Assembly (NCBI GenBank): GCA_904419785.1
Contig: CAJFSY010000001.1
Coordinates: forward strand, 263,078 to 327,077
DNA length: 64,000 nt
Reading direction: 5' to 3'
Source of the DNA: an uncultured Neglectibacter sp.
GTDB lineage: Bacteria > Bacillota > Clostridia > Oscillospirales > Acutalibacteraceae
The notes below the pieces were generated by a model that was given only the letters and a program-made list of their open reading frames with translations, was not told the DNA's origin and ran no database searches. Below, piece by piece: positions 53,648-63,149 of this stretch (the first letter of the stretch is position 1; each line of letters starts with the position of its first letter). The position numbers and the translations under genes were made by a program.

Positions 53648-55882
53648 ATGCGTGTGATACATTTGATCGGCGGCGGCGATACCGGCGGCGCTAAAACCCA
53701 TGTACTCAACCTTTTAAAGGAACTGAATCAATATATCGATGCCCAACTGTTTTGTTTCCGCAAAGGAGATTTCTCTGAGGACGCGGCAAAGATGGGCATC
53801 CCCATTGAAGTGATCGAATCCGGCAACCCTGTTCTGGGATTGCAGGAACTAAAACGCCGTCTGGCAGGTCAAAAAGTGGATATCATCCATTGCCATGGCG
53901 CCCGGGGCAACCTAATGGGGAACCTGATCAAAAAGCATCTGGGGGCTCCGGTAGTCACTACAGTACACAGCGACTACCGGCTCGACTACCTTGGAAGGCC
54001 CGTCGCCAGGCTTTCTTATGGCACCACCAATATGGTGGCGCTGCGTCGGGTCAACTTCTACATCGGCGTTTCCGACCCCATGACGGATATCCTCATTGAA
54101 CGGGGGTTCCCAGCAGACCGCATCTATACCATCTATAACGGTATCGATTTTAAAACGCCTATCCAAACAATCCCCAAAGCAGAATTTTTGAAAAGCGTCG
54201 GCATGGATTGGCAGGAGGGCGATGTGATCGCCGGTATTGCCGCCCGCCTTTCTCCCGTAAAGGATATCCCCACTTTGCTGCGCGCTATGAAAAAAGTTTG
54301 CGAAAAGAACAGCCATTTAAAGCTGCTGCTGGCGGGAGACGGCGAGGACAGGGAAAAACTGGAAAACATGGCCAAAGAATTGGGCATTGCTGACCGGGTT
54401 TGCTTTGCCGGCTGGCTGGGAGATATCAACTCTTTCTATAACGCTATCGATATCAACCTGCTCACCTCGCTTTCAGAAACTTTCCCCTACTCCCTGACGG
54501 AAGGTACCCGGATGCACCGGGCCACCATCGCTTCCAATGTGGGCGGAGTACCGGTGCTGATCGACGACGGTGTAAATGGGTTGATTTTCCAACCTGGCAA
54601 TGCGGACCAGCTAGCCCAGCATTTGCTGACTCTGACAGAGGACAAAGAACTGCGAGAAGCTTTTGGTGAACGCATTTACGAGAAAGCTTCCCGGGAATTT
54701 TCCATTGACCGGATGGTGGAGCACCAGCTGGAGATTTATGAGAGCATCATAAAACGGGATGCCCGCCAAAAAGCAAAAAAGCGGGACGGCACTATTATCT
54801 GCGGCGCATATGGTCATGGCAACGCCGGTGACGACGCTATCCTTAAATCCATTATTCAATCTGTCCAGGAACTGGATGACACCATGCCCATTACTGTATT
54901 GGCCAAAAACACCCAAAGCATTAAAAAGCGCTACCGGGTCAATTCGATCTATTCCTTTAACCTGCCGCGGATGTTCAACGCTATGAGGAAATCTGTACTG
55001 TATATCAACGGCGGTGGCACTCTGATCCAAAACGCCACCAGCCATCGCAGCCTTTGGTACTACCTTTTCACCTTGTGGCTGGCAAAGTTTTTGGGGAACA
55101 AAGTAGACATGTACGGCTGCGGCATCGGCCCGGTATGGGGAAATAAAAATATCCGTCTGGTGAAAAAAGTGCTGGACTGCTCTGTGGACACCATTACCCT
55201 ACGGGAACAAGATTCCATGGCGGAACTGGAAAGTTTCGGCGTAAAAAGGCCAAAAATCCTTTTGTGTTCTGATCCTGCTCTGGTCCTGACGCCCTCTTCC
55301 AAGCTGGATGTAGAAAGTTATTTAAAGCGGCACGGGCTCGCCTCCAATGAACGGTATCTTTGCTTTATGCTGCGCACCTGGCAAGGTTTCGAGGACAAAG
55401 CCCCCGCTTTTGCCGCCTGCGCTGACAAAGCTTATGAAGAATACGGAATGACGCCTGTTTTCCTGTCACTGAATATCTTCCACGATACAGCTGCCGCTAA
55501 GAAAGTCACCCAATATATGAAAGCGCCTTATCACATCTTGGATGACTGGGCCGAACCGGAGCTTCTCATCGGGCTGTTGGGGCGTATGGACGCTGTAGTT
55601 TCCATGCGGCTTCATGGGCTGATCTTTTCCTCCCTTAGCGGAGTGCCTTTGGTCGGCGTATCTTACGATCCTAAGATCGGTTCTTTCTTAAAGTATCTGG
55701 GAGCCGGAAGTTGCATGGAACTGAGCGACGTGAGCACAGACGCTCTGAATGACGCGGTAAAACAAGCCGTGCAGCAGCTTTCTAACCGTGAGGAACTCCT
55801 GTTAAAAGCGCAGAAACTCAAAGATGTGGAACGGAAGAATATCCAAGAAGTTGCTCAGCTATTAAATCTATCTCAGCAATAA
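53648..55882 (+). CDS. Fusion protein: GT4-type glycosyltransferase plus polysaccharide pyruvyl transferase (CsaB-like)
   Basis: The N-terminal half has MRVIHLIGGGDTGGAKTHV and the E-x7-E region (ETFPYSLTEGTRM). The C-terminal half starts IICGAYGHGNAGDDAILKSII and contains RLHGLIFS, typical of the CsaB/PS_pyruv_trans family. The alternative start is ATG 53606. Confidence 0.78.
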   Translation: MRVIHLIGGGDTGGAKTHVLNLLKELNQYIDAQLFCFRKGDFSEDAAKMGIPIEVIESGNPVLGLQELKRRLAGQKVDIIHCHGARGNLMGNLIKKHLGAPVVTTVHSDYRLDYLGRPVARLSYGTTNMVALRRVNFYIGVSDPMTDILIERGFPADRIYTIYNGIDFKTPIQTIPKAEFLKSVGMDWQEGDVIAGIAARLSPVKDIPTLLRAMKKVCEKNSHLKLLLAGDGEDREKLENMAKELGIADRVCFAGWLGDINSFYNAIDINLLTSLSETFPYSLTEGTRMHRATIASNVGGVPVLIDDGVNGLIFQPGNADQLAQHLLTLTEDKELREAFGERIYEKASREFSIDRMVEHQLEIYESIIKRDARQKAKKRDGTIICGAYGHGNAGDDAILKSIIQSVQELDDTMPITVLAKNTQSIKKRYRVNSIYSFNLPRMFNAMRKSVLYINGGGTLIQNATSHRSLWYYLFTLWLAKFLGNKVDMYGCGIGPVWGNKNIRLVKKVLDCSVDTITLREQDSMAELESFGVKRPKILLCSDPALVLTPSSKLDVESYLKRHGLASNERYLCFMLRTWQGFEDKAPAFAACADKAYEEYGMTPVFLSLNIFHDTAAAKKVTQYMKAPYHILDDWAEPELLIGLLGRMDAVVSMRLHGLIFSSLSGVPLVGVSYDPKIGSFLKYLGAGSCMELSDVSTDALNDAVKQAVQQLSNREELLLKAQKLKDVERKNIQEVAQLLNLSQQ

Positions 55883-55910
55883 AAAAGAGACCCCAACGGG
55901 TCTCTTTTTT
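55881..55910. terminator. Bidirectional rho-independent terminator
   Basis: aaaaaa-gagaccc-caac-gggtctc-tttttt. Confidence 0.8.
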
Positions 55911-55941
55911 ATGTGAAAACAAATACGCGAAGCAGCTATAC

Positions 55942-56706
55942 CTATTTTTTATTTTTAGCGATAATGAGAAACCGATGTTCCAAATTGGGTAAAAAGCCCA
56001 GGGCTTCCACTTGATGCTGAAACTGAAAAAGAGTTTCCTGGCAGCGGTCTACTGAAAAACCAGGGAATTCCCACGGACAAACACTTGCCTGGAAGCACAA
56101 AGCCCCCACATCCAAAAAGCGCCCTTCCAGGAACGCCTGGTCTTGAAACATGATGCGGAAACCCGCCGCACGGAATCTGCACGTTTCATTCTCCAAATGG
56201 AACCCCACATAGTTTCCTTTAAAGCCTGGAAGAAGCTTTTTTGCCAGAGGCAGACTGTTTTCACCGCCTACCTGCTGTGTGACAAAAAAACCTCCGTTTT
56301 TCAACACCCGGCTCACTTCTTGCAAGTTGTAGCTTTCATGACGGCTGAGGACTAGATCAAAGCTGTCGTCTGGGAACGGCATAGCAGAATCTTTCTCGCT
56401 ATCATACCGCTTCACTGTGATGCCCAGGGGCGCAAGCTTCTTTTGGCAAAGCTGGAAGTTTGGCTCCCAGCCTTCTGTAACACTGGTGAGATAGTATGGA
56501 TGACGGAAACTGAGAAGGATTTCTCCACCGCCGGTACCCATATCCAGCAAACGCACTCCAGGACGGAGAAATTCCCGCACCCGTTCCTGATAATCCCATG
56601 GCAGAGGTTCTACTGTATAGCGTCCTTGCAAGTGGGAAAAATCCCACCCGGACATGCCCCTTTGCTCTTCCTGTCTCCACTGGGCCAACAACTCTTCACG
56701 GTTCAT
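55942..56706 (-). CDS. Class I SAM-dependent methyltransferase
   Basis: LLDMGTGGGE motif I and DLVLSRHE motif. Its start forms an ATGA overlap with the hisE stop. Confidence 0.78.
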   Translation of the reverse strand: MNREELLAQWRQEEQRGMSGWDFSHLQGRYTVEPLPWDYQERVREFLRPGVRLLDMGTGGGEILLSFRHPYYLTSVTEGWEPNFQLCQKKLAPLGITVKRYDSEKDSAMPFPDDSFDLVLSRHESYNLQEVSRVLKNGGFFVTQQVGGENSLPLAKKLLPGFKGNYVGFHLENETCRFRAAGFRIMFQDQAFLEGRFLDVGALCFQASVCPWEFPGFSVDRCQETLFQFQHQVEALGFLPNLEHRFLIIAKNKK

Positions 56707-57026
56707 GTATTCTTATCCACCTGATGAAAAGTTTTGAGATTCCCCTGTTTTTGATGGCGGCGGGCAAGTTCGGCTTCCACCTCTTCAAAGGGGATGCCCT
56801 CGTTTACCATCATCACGGTCAGATGATACATCAAGTCGGCGATCTCCCCTACGGTATCCTCTTTTTTTCCGTTTTTCGCCGCGATGATCACTTCGCTGCA
56901 TTCTTCCCCGCACTTTTTTAAAATTTTATCCAGCCCCTTTTCAAAGAGATAGCAGGTATAAGAACCTTCTGCTTTTTCTTGGCGCCGGCTTTCTACCGTC
57001 TCATAAAGTTCCCGCAAGATATCCAT
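56703..57026 (-). CDS. hisE: Phosphoribosyl-ATP pyrophosphohydrolase
   Basis: 107 aa with a MazG-like helical protein pattern (GSYTCYLFEKG...KILKKCGEECSEVIIA...EIADLMYHLTVMM). Confidence 0.85.
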   Translation of the reverse strand: MDILRELYETVESRRQEKAEGSYTCYLFEKGLDKILKKCGEECSEVIIAAKNGKKEDTVGEIADLMYHLTVMMVNEGIPFEEVEAELARRHQKQGNLKTFHQVDKNT

Positions 57027-57108
57027 GAGTTTCTCCTTTTCTACCCGTTCTTGTCGTTCAAGTTCCAGATCATTTATGCCAGTCTAAAGAACATTTCAAA
57101 AACGGCGT

Positions 57109-58188
57109 TCATTTTTTCTCGTCTTCTCCCCGCAGTTTTTTAAAGAAACAGCTGTGGCTGCCTGTATGGCAGGCGGCTCCCTTCTGCTTGACACGGAACA
57201 AAAGCGTGTCATCGTCGCAATCGGAGAACACACTGACGATCTTCTGTGTATGCCCGGAAGTCTCCCCTTTGTTCCAAAGAGTTTTACGGCTGCGGCTGTA
57301 AAACCAAGTGTACCCTGTCTCTAAAGAGCGCCGGAAAGATTCCCGGTTCATATATGCCAGCATCAACACCTCGTCGGTGTCATCATCTTGGATAATGGCA
57401 GGGATCAGATCAGACTTGGAAAAATACAGATCCAACTCATCTTCCGGCATATCGCTGACACCTTTACCGGATATCTTATGGCAGGCGATCAGCGCCGCGC
57501 GGAGCTCCAGAGCACCAGTGTAAAGAGATTTTCCCGCAATCGCCCCATAAAGCCCTAGATCGTAAAGACTAACGATATCCAAAAGACTGGACACGCCTCC
57601 GCTGGCAATAATGTGGCAATGTACCGCCTGATTCAGTTTATCCAGCATCACCAGATTGGGGCCGTTCATAGTGCCATCCTGATGGATATCGGTACAGATC
57701 AGATACTGCACGCCCAAAGCTTCCATCTCTTTGGCAAAATCCACATAGTCTACCTGGCTTTGCTCCAGCCAGCCCTCGGCGGCCACCTTGCCGTCCAGAG
57801 CGTCTATGCCCACGGCAATATGTTTTCCATGCAGGCGCACCGCTTCCCGGACGAACTCCGGGTCACGCAACGCCGCGGAACCTAAGATCACACGGCTGAC
57901 GCCACGGTTCAAATACTTTTCCACCGTATCCATATCCCGGATTCCGCCGCCTACTTCCACGTGCAGGTCCGTGTTTTCTACCACGTCGAAAATCAGCTGG
58001 GAATTCAACGGCTTTCCTTCTTTCGCGCCATCCAAATCTACCATATGAAGCCATCTGGCGCCCTGTTCTTGAAAATGCTTTGCTGTAGCCAAACAATCAT
58101 TGGCAACTACTTCAGCGGTGTCGTAGTTTCCTCGGAATAGCCGAACGCATTTTCCCTCATGCAAATCGATGGCTGGCAGTAATATCAT
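57109..58188 (-). CDS. hisA: Bifunctional HisA (ProFAR isomerase) / HisI (PR-AMP cyclohydrolase) fusion
   Basis: N-terminal ~240 aa: [40 protein letters not shown]-terminal ~110 aa: [21 protein letters not shown]...[16 protein letters not shown]...[11 protein letters not shown]...[11 protein letters not shown]. Confidence 0.85.
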   Translation of the reverse strand: MILLPAIDLHEGKCVRLFRGNYDTAEVVANDCLATAKHFQEQGARWLHMVDLDGAKEGKPLNSQLIFDVVENTDLHVEVGGGIRDMDTVEKYLNRGVSRVILGSAALRDPEFVREAVRLHGKHIAVGIDALDGKVAAEGWLEQSQVDYVDFAKEMEALGVQYLICTDIHQDGTMNGPNLVMLDKLNQAVHCHIIASGGVSSLLDIVSLYDLGLYGAIAGKSLYTGALELRAALIACHKISGKGVSDMPEDELDLYFSKSDLIPAIIQDDDTDEVLMLAYMNRESFRRSLETGYTWFYSRSRKTLWNKGETSGHTQKIVSVFSDCDDDTLLFRVKQKGAACHTGSHSCFFKKLRGEDEKK

Positions 58189-58268
58189 AACTCACACGCT
58201 CCCCTTTTCTCAACTACGCAAAACCTCAAGCAAGCCCCCATATTGGGAGCTTGCGCAAAATAACCCTA

Positions 58269-58853
58269 TCACAACACGCCTTTAGAAGAAAGTATCACGT
58301 TGCTGTCTTCTTCCAGCGAGACAGCTTCCCGCAAAGCATGGGCAGCCGCTTTGAACATGGCCTCGATCATATGATGGGAGTTCTTTCCATATTCGCATTT
58401 TAAATGCAGCGTGATCCCCGCGTTTGAAGCGAACGCCCGGAAAAATTCCTCTGTCATGCAAGAATCGAAATCGCCTATACGCTCCTGGGGAAATTCCCCT
58501 TGGAACACTAAAAACGGCCGTCCGCTCACATCTGCCGCAGCAAACGCCAGCGCTTCGTCCATGGGAATGAACGCATGGCCAAACCGCTTAATACCGCGCT
58601 TTGTGGGAAGAGCGTCCGCAAAAGCCTTGCCCAGCACGATTCCGGTATCCTCAACGGTATGGTGGCAGTCTACCTCCCAGTCCCCTACGGTTTTCACCTT
58701 TAGCCCAAAACCGCCATGGACCGCAAAAGCGCTGAGCATATGGTCGAAAAAGCCCACGCCGGTAGAGAAACTTTTCTCTCCGCCGTCCAAACAAAGCTCT
58801 ATCGATACTTCTGTTTCATTGGTCTTTCGGTGCATGGATGCGTAACGCTCCAT
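58269..58853 (-). CDS. hisB: Imidazoleglycerol-phosphate dehydratase
   Basis: RKTNETEVSIEL, DHMLSAFAVHGGF and HHTVEDTGIVLG motifs. Start set to MERYASM (58853), downstream of the hisC stop. Confidence 0.9.
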   Translation of the reverse strand: MERYASMHRKTNETEVSIELCLDGGEKSFSTGVGFFDHMLSAFAVHGGFGLKVKTVGDWEVDCHHTVEDTGIVLGKAFADALPTKRGIKRFGHAFIPMDEALAFAAADVSGRPFLVFQGEFPQERIGDFDSCMTEEFFRAFASNAGITLHLKCEYGKNSHHMIEAMFKAAAHALREAVSLEEDSNVILSSKGVL

Positions 58854-58857
58854 AAAA

Positions 58858-59928
58858 TCACTCTCCATCCGCCGGAGAGGCGGCAAAATATTCCTCCATC
58901 TCCCGTAATACTTCCTTATTTTCCCAAGCGGTACCGCAGGTGATCCGCACCAGTCCTCCTGTATACCGTATAGCCACACCCCGCTCGCCAAGCCAGCGAT
59001 ACAGGGATTCGCCGTCTCTCATCTTCAAGGCGACAAAATTGGTGGCGCTGGGAAGCAGTTGGAATCTGCCGGGGAATTTTTCCCTCAAAGCTTCCAGCCC
59101 ATCGACCAATTCCCTAAGGGAATGCAAAATCTGTTCCCGCGCTTCGTTCAACGCTTGTGAATGGCGAAGCACCAGTGTGCCCAGCATTTGGGACAGCACA
59201 TTCACATTATAGGGGGATTTCACTGCTTTTACAGCGTCGATGAGCGGCTTTGGCCCCACCGCGAACCCCAGGCGCAGGCCTGCCATACCAAAAGCTTTCG
59301 AGCACGTGCGCAAGATCAGCAAGTTATCGTATTCTTGGAATTCTGGAAGCAGGCTTTGATCTGAAAAATCCATATACGCTTCATCCAAAACTACAAGAGC
59401 GTCCACATTCCGCACCAGACGGCGGATCTCTTCTCGAGGACATACGATGGATGTTGGATTTCCAGGATTGCTGAAAATCAAAAGCTTTACTTTATTATTT
59501 TGGCAGATTTCAATAATCTTGTCAATATCCAAAGAGTAATCTTTCCGTTTTGAAATGACAATATGTTGGGCTTCTTGCAGATATCCGTTAAACGCGTACA
59601 TTGAGAAATCCGGTTCCACCGTGGCGAAAGCCTGACCCCGCTGCAAAAATCCCGTAAACAACACCGTAATCAATTCATCCGAGCCATTGCCTGCCGCTAC
59701 ATTTTCCACAGGCACCCCATAAAATTCCGCAAAAGCTTGGCACAGTTCCCGTGCCGAAGGATCAGGATAACGGTTCAAGCTCACCTTGGGAAGCTCCGCA
59801 CTCAGCTCTTCAAGAATCCCCGAAGGCAGTGGCAAAAAGGACTCATTGGCGTCCAAGTGGATACGATACCCGCCTTCTACCGGGTCATAAGGTTTTAAAT
59901 CTTTGATCTTGTCATTTAAACGGTACAT
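58858..59928 (-). CDS. hisC: Histidinol-phosphate aminotransferase
   Basis: Class II aminotransferase layout with the PLP lysine context (RTCSKAFGMAGLRLG). It sits within the his operon. Confidence 0.9.
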   Translation of the reverse strand: MYRLNDKIKDLKPYDPVEGGYRIHLDANESFLPLPSGILEELSAELPKVSLNRYPDPSARELCQAFAEFYGVPVENVAAGNGSDELITVLFTGFLQRGQAFATVEPDFSMYAFNGYLQEAQHIVISKRKDYSLDIDKIIEICQNNKVKLLIFSNPGNPTSIVCPREEIRRLVRNVDALVVLDEAYMDFSDQSLLPEFQEYDNLLILRTCSKAFGMAGLRLGFAVGPKPLIDAVKAVKSPYNVNVLSQMLGTLVLRHSQALNEAREQILHSLRELVDGLEALREKFPGRFQLLPSATNFVALKMRDGESLYRWLGERGVAIRYTGGLVRITCGTAWENKEVLREMEEYFAASPADGE

Positions 59929-59940
59929 AGACTGCTCCTT

Positions 59941-61230
59941 TTACTCCTCCACCCGCACCCGGATAGAATTGGCATGGGCGGTAAGCTCTTCCGTCTCCGC
60001 CAAACGGATGATATCCCCGGCGGCACGCTGGAGCTCTTCTTTGGGATAGTAAATAAAACTGGACTTTTTGATAAAATCATCTACAGAAAGAGGCGAAAAG
60101 AAACGGGCGGTCCCCCCAGTGGGAAGCACATGGTTCGCCCCAGCGTAATAATCCCCCAAAGGCTCAGGGGAATAGTTGCCCAAAAACACGGAGCCAGCGT
60201 TATCCAGCCGCCCCAAATGGTCGAAAGGATTTTGGCAGCAGACCTCCAAATGTTCCGGAGCCAGTTCGTTTGCAAACTCTACAGCCTCATCCAGATTCTC
60301 GCAGACGATAATGCCCCCGAACCGATCCAGCGACTCCTCGATGATCTCTTTCCGGGACAGCGTTTCCATCTGGCGGTAAAGTTCTTTCACAGTACCCTGG
60401 GCGATCTCCATGCTGGGCGTGATCAGAATGGCAGAAGCCATCTTATCGTGTTCTGCCTGGCTCATCAAATCGGCGGCAAGATATTTGGGATCAGCCGTTT
60501 CATCCGCCACAATAAGTATCTCACTGGGCCCGGCGATCATGTCTATATCCACCACGCCGTAAAGCTGCTTTTTCGCTGTGGCCACAAAAATATTTCCCGG
60601 GCCCACGATTTTATCCACCTTGGGAACGCTTTCCGTCCCCAAAGCCAAAGCTGCCACTGCCTGAGCGCCACCCATCAAAAAGACACGGTCTACACCGGCG
60701 ACCAAGGCGGCGGCAAGTATGTTGGTGTCTGGCCGGCCTGTGCGTCCGGGAGGCGTAGCCATCACGATCTCCCCTACTTCCGCGACCTGCGCCGGGATCA
60801 CGTTCATCAGCACGGAAGAGGGATAGCCCGCTGTGCCGCCCGGCACATACACTCCCACACGATGCAGTCCCCGCACCCGCTGCCCTGTAATAATCCCATT
60901 GGGCATAGGGTCGATGCGGCTCTGCTGCTTTTGCCGCTGATGAAATGCCCGGATATTATCGGCCGCCCGCTTTAAAGAAGCGAGGAATTCCGGGTCGCAC
61001 TCTGCCGCGGCCTTTTCCAATTCTTCCCGGGACAATTCCAGGTTTTCCGGAGTCCATCCATCGAACTTTTTGGAATACTCTTTCACGGCCTTGTCACCGC
61101 CGGCGCGCACTGTCTCAATAATCTCCCGCACCGCCCCTTCGATCTCGGGGGAAGTTTGTCCTACACGGCTTTTTAAATCCTCCACAAAAGACTGGCACGT
61201 CTGCCGGTCCCCCTGCACTACCTTGATCAT
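59941..61230 (-). CDS. hisD: Histidinol dehydrogenase
   Basis: YVPGGTAGYPSSVLM, QAEHD and PEHLE motifs. Confidence 0.93.
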   Translation of the reverse strand: MIKVVQGDRQTCQSFVEDLKSRVGQTSPEIEGAVREIIETVRAGGDKAVKEYSKKFDGWTPENLELSREELEKAAAECDPEFLASLKRAADNIRAFHQRQKQQSRIDPMPNGIITGQRVRGLHRVGVYVPGGTAGYPSSVLMNVIPAQVAEVGEIVMATPPGRTGRPDTNILAAALVAGVDRVFLMGGAQAVAALALGTESVPKVDKIVGPGNIFVATAKKQLYGVVDIDMIAGPSEILIVADETADPKYLAADLMSQAEHDKMASAILITPSMEIAQGTVKELYRQMETLSRKEIIEESLDRFGGIIVCENLDEAVEFANELAPEHLEVCCQNPFDHLGRLDNAGSVFLGNYSPEPLGDYYAGANHVLPTGGTARFFSPLSVDDFIKKSSFIYYPKEELQRAAGDIIRLAETEELTAHANSIRVRVEE

Positions 61231-61874
61231 GCTTTCCGCTCCCCCTTTGTGATCTGCTCCTCTAAAAGGGCCGCCAAACCCTCGATCTCTTTTTTCCTCA
61301 GTTTCAAACTGGCCGCGTTCACGATCAGCCTGGCGGATACCTGCACGATAGGCTCCACTACTTCCAAACCGTTCTCCCGCAAGGTGGCGCCAGTCTCCAC
61401 GATGTCCACGATCCCATCGGCCAGCCCCAGCAAAGGCGCCAGTTCCACCGAGCCTTCAATCTTGATGATCCGCACATCCATGGCTTTGCTCTCGAAGAAA
61501 CGCCGGGCTACATTGGGGTATTTCGTGGCTACGGTTTTGGCGCGGTAGCCCCCATAAAAATCTGAACCTTTGGGAGCTGCCAGCGCAAAGCCGCAGCGTC
61601 CAAAACCCAGGTCTAAGATTTCAAAAAAGTGGCTGCCGTTTTCCATGATGGTATCTTTTCCCACCACGCCCATATCGCAAACGCCATGTTCCACATAAGT
61701 GATCACGTCGGCGGCTTTTGCCAACACGGCCTGCAAAGAACCGTCCCCTACAGGAAGGATCAGCTTCCGCCCTTTTTCTCGCAAGCTGGAACAATCCATG
61801 CCGGCCTGCTCAAAAAGCTCTACCGTGGATTTTTCCAATCGGCCTTTTGTCAAGGCGATCCGCAGAGGCTTCAT
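61227..61874 (-). CDS. hisG: ATP phosphoribosyltransferase, short form
   Basis: LRIALTKGRL N-terminus, about 215 aa with no C-terminal regulatory domain. ATGA overlaps with hisZ upstream and hisD downstream. Confidence 0.9.
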   Translation of the reverse strand: MKPLRIALTKGRLEKSTVELFEQAGMDCSSLREKGRKLILPVGDGSLQAVLAKAADVITYVEHGVCDMGVVGKDTIMENGSHFFEILDLGFGRCGFALAAPKGSDFYGGYRAKTVATKYPNVARRFFESKAMDVRIIKIEGSVELAPLLGLADGIVDIVETGATLRENGLEVVEPIVQVSARLIVNAASLKLRKKEIEGLAALLEEQITKGERKA

Positions 61875-63079
61875 GATTCCTTCCCCCTTTCCGTCAAATC
61901 GGTCTCTCGGACGGTTTCTCCCACACAATACACTTTGGGGATTTGCCGCCTTTCAGCGTAAGACAGCGCTTCCTGGAAAGTATTTGTCAATGCGCTCTCA
62001 CAAGACATGCCTTGGCCTGTCAGACGGTCCAGCAGCATCTGCCCCTGCATCTCATAGCCAGGCTCCCCATATACAAGAGCCTGCACAGGCCGTTCCCCAT
62101 CGGAAACAGCGGGTTGAAGTTCCGCTACAGCGTCTAAATCAAGGGAGAACCCCACTGCTGGCATGGGTTCACCGAATTTCCCGCACAAGTTGTCATACCG
62201 GCCACCTAAAAGCACCGCGTCGCCCCGTTGATGCACATAAGCGCTAAACACCACACCGGTATAATAATCGTTCCGCTGGACGAGACCCAAATCCACCATG
62301 AGCCGGTCACCCAAACCCAGTTCTCCCAGGGCAGCATAAAGCCCCTTTAAATATTCCAGTATTTCCCGGGTCTCTCCATCCTGAAACCATCGGCCCGCTT
62401 CACTGAGGGCTTCTTCCCCGCCAAACAGTCTGGGAAGCTGCGCCATGGCACGAGCCGCAGGAAGATTCCCCAGAGGGTCTAACAGTTCGCTCAACGCGGC
62501 GTAATTTTTAGATTCGATAGTATCCCGCAGAGACTCCTTTTCCCCATCTGACAAGGGAAGCTGCTCTGCCAAGGCTTGGAAAAATCGGGCGTGACCGATT
62601 TCCATACGGAAATCCGGCGCACAGGCTGACAGTGCCGCTACTGCTCCGGAGATCACTTCCAGATCAGCCCGCAAGCCGCTTGCCCCCATCAGTTCAATCC
62701 CCATCTGGGCCGATTCGTCACTGCGTCCGGAAAGATCTGGCCGGTTGCGGTAAATGGTCTGGCTGTAGAAAAAACGCAATGGCTTTTCCTGGCTTTGCAG
62801 CCTTGACGCCGCCATTCGTGCAATGGGCAGTGTGGAGTCCGGCCGGAACACCACCAGCCTTCCATGGTTATCTGTGCATTTATACATTTCCTGCTGTGGG
62901 ATGGCTGTCCCGGGTAAATTGAACACATCAAAATATTCCAGCCCCGGAGTGATCACTTCCCGGTAACCCCTGAGCGTAAACATCCTGGAAAGCCGGTTTT
63001 GAACCTCCCGGCGGGCCCGGCATTCCTCAAAGAGCAAATCCCGGGTTCCTTCTGGGGTGATTTTGCTATAGCTCTTCAT
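61871..63079 (-). CDS. hisZ: ATP phosphoribosyltransferase regulatory subunit (HisS paralog)
   Basis: Class II aaRS-like core (PEGTRDLL, RFFYSQTIYRN) without an anticodon-binding domain. It precedes the short-form hisG. Confidence 0.88.
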   Translation of the reverse strand: MKSYSKITPEGTRDLLFEECRARREVQNRLSRMFTLRGYREVITPGLEYFDVFNLPGTAIPQQEMYKCTDNHGRLVVFRPDSTLPIARMAASRLQSQEKPLRFFYSQTIYRNRPDLSGRSDESAQMGIELMGASGLRADLEVISGAVAALSACAPDFRMEIGHARFFQALAEQLPLSDGEKESLRDTIESKNYAALSELLDPLGNLPAARAMAQLPRLFGGEEALSEAGRWFQDGETREILEYLKGLYAALGELGLGDRLMVDLGLVQRNDYYTGVVFSAYVHQRGDAVLLGGRYDNLCGKFGEPMPAVGFSLDLDAVAELQPAVSDGERPVQALVYGEPGYEMQGQMLLDRLTGQGMSCESALTNTFQEALSYAERRQIPKVYCVGETVRETDLTERGKES

Positions 63080-63117
63080 ACCAGCGGAATACCCCTTTCT
63101 TACTTTAGTGTGCTACT

Positions 63118-63146
63118 ATGATAATGTAAGAAATCGTTTTTGTCAA
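63118..63146 (-). promoter_or_regulatory. Sigma-A promoter candidate of the his operon
   Basis: Minus strand reads TTGACA-N17-TATCAT, starting 4 nt after the polC stop. The leader is about 35 nt. Confidence 0.55.
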
Positions 63147-63149
63147 GCC

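Noticed and set aside
59974-60975. 333-aa ORF antisense to hisD. The same class includes 38899..39732 (antisense to glycerate kinase), 1037..1822 (antisense to the isomerase), 16235..16933 (antisense to prfC) and 44553..45323 (antisense to grpE/hrcA).
   Set aside because: All are embedded opposite strongly supported genes. They lack translation signals and have His/Arg/Gly-rich nonsense-like composition.
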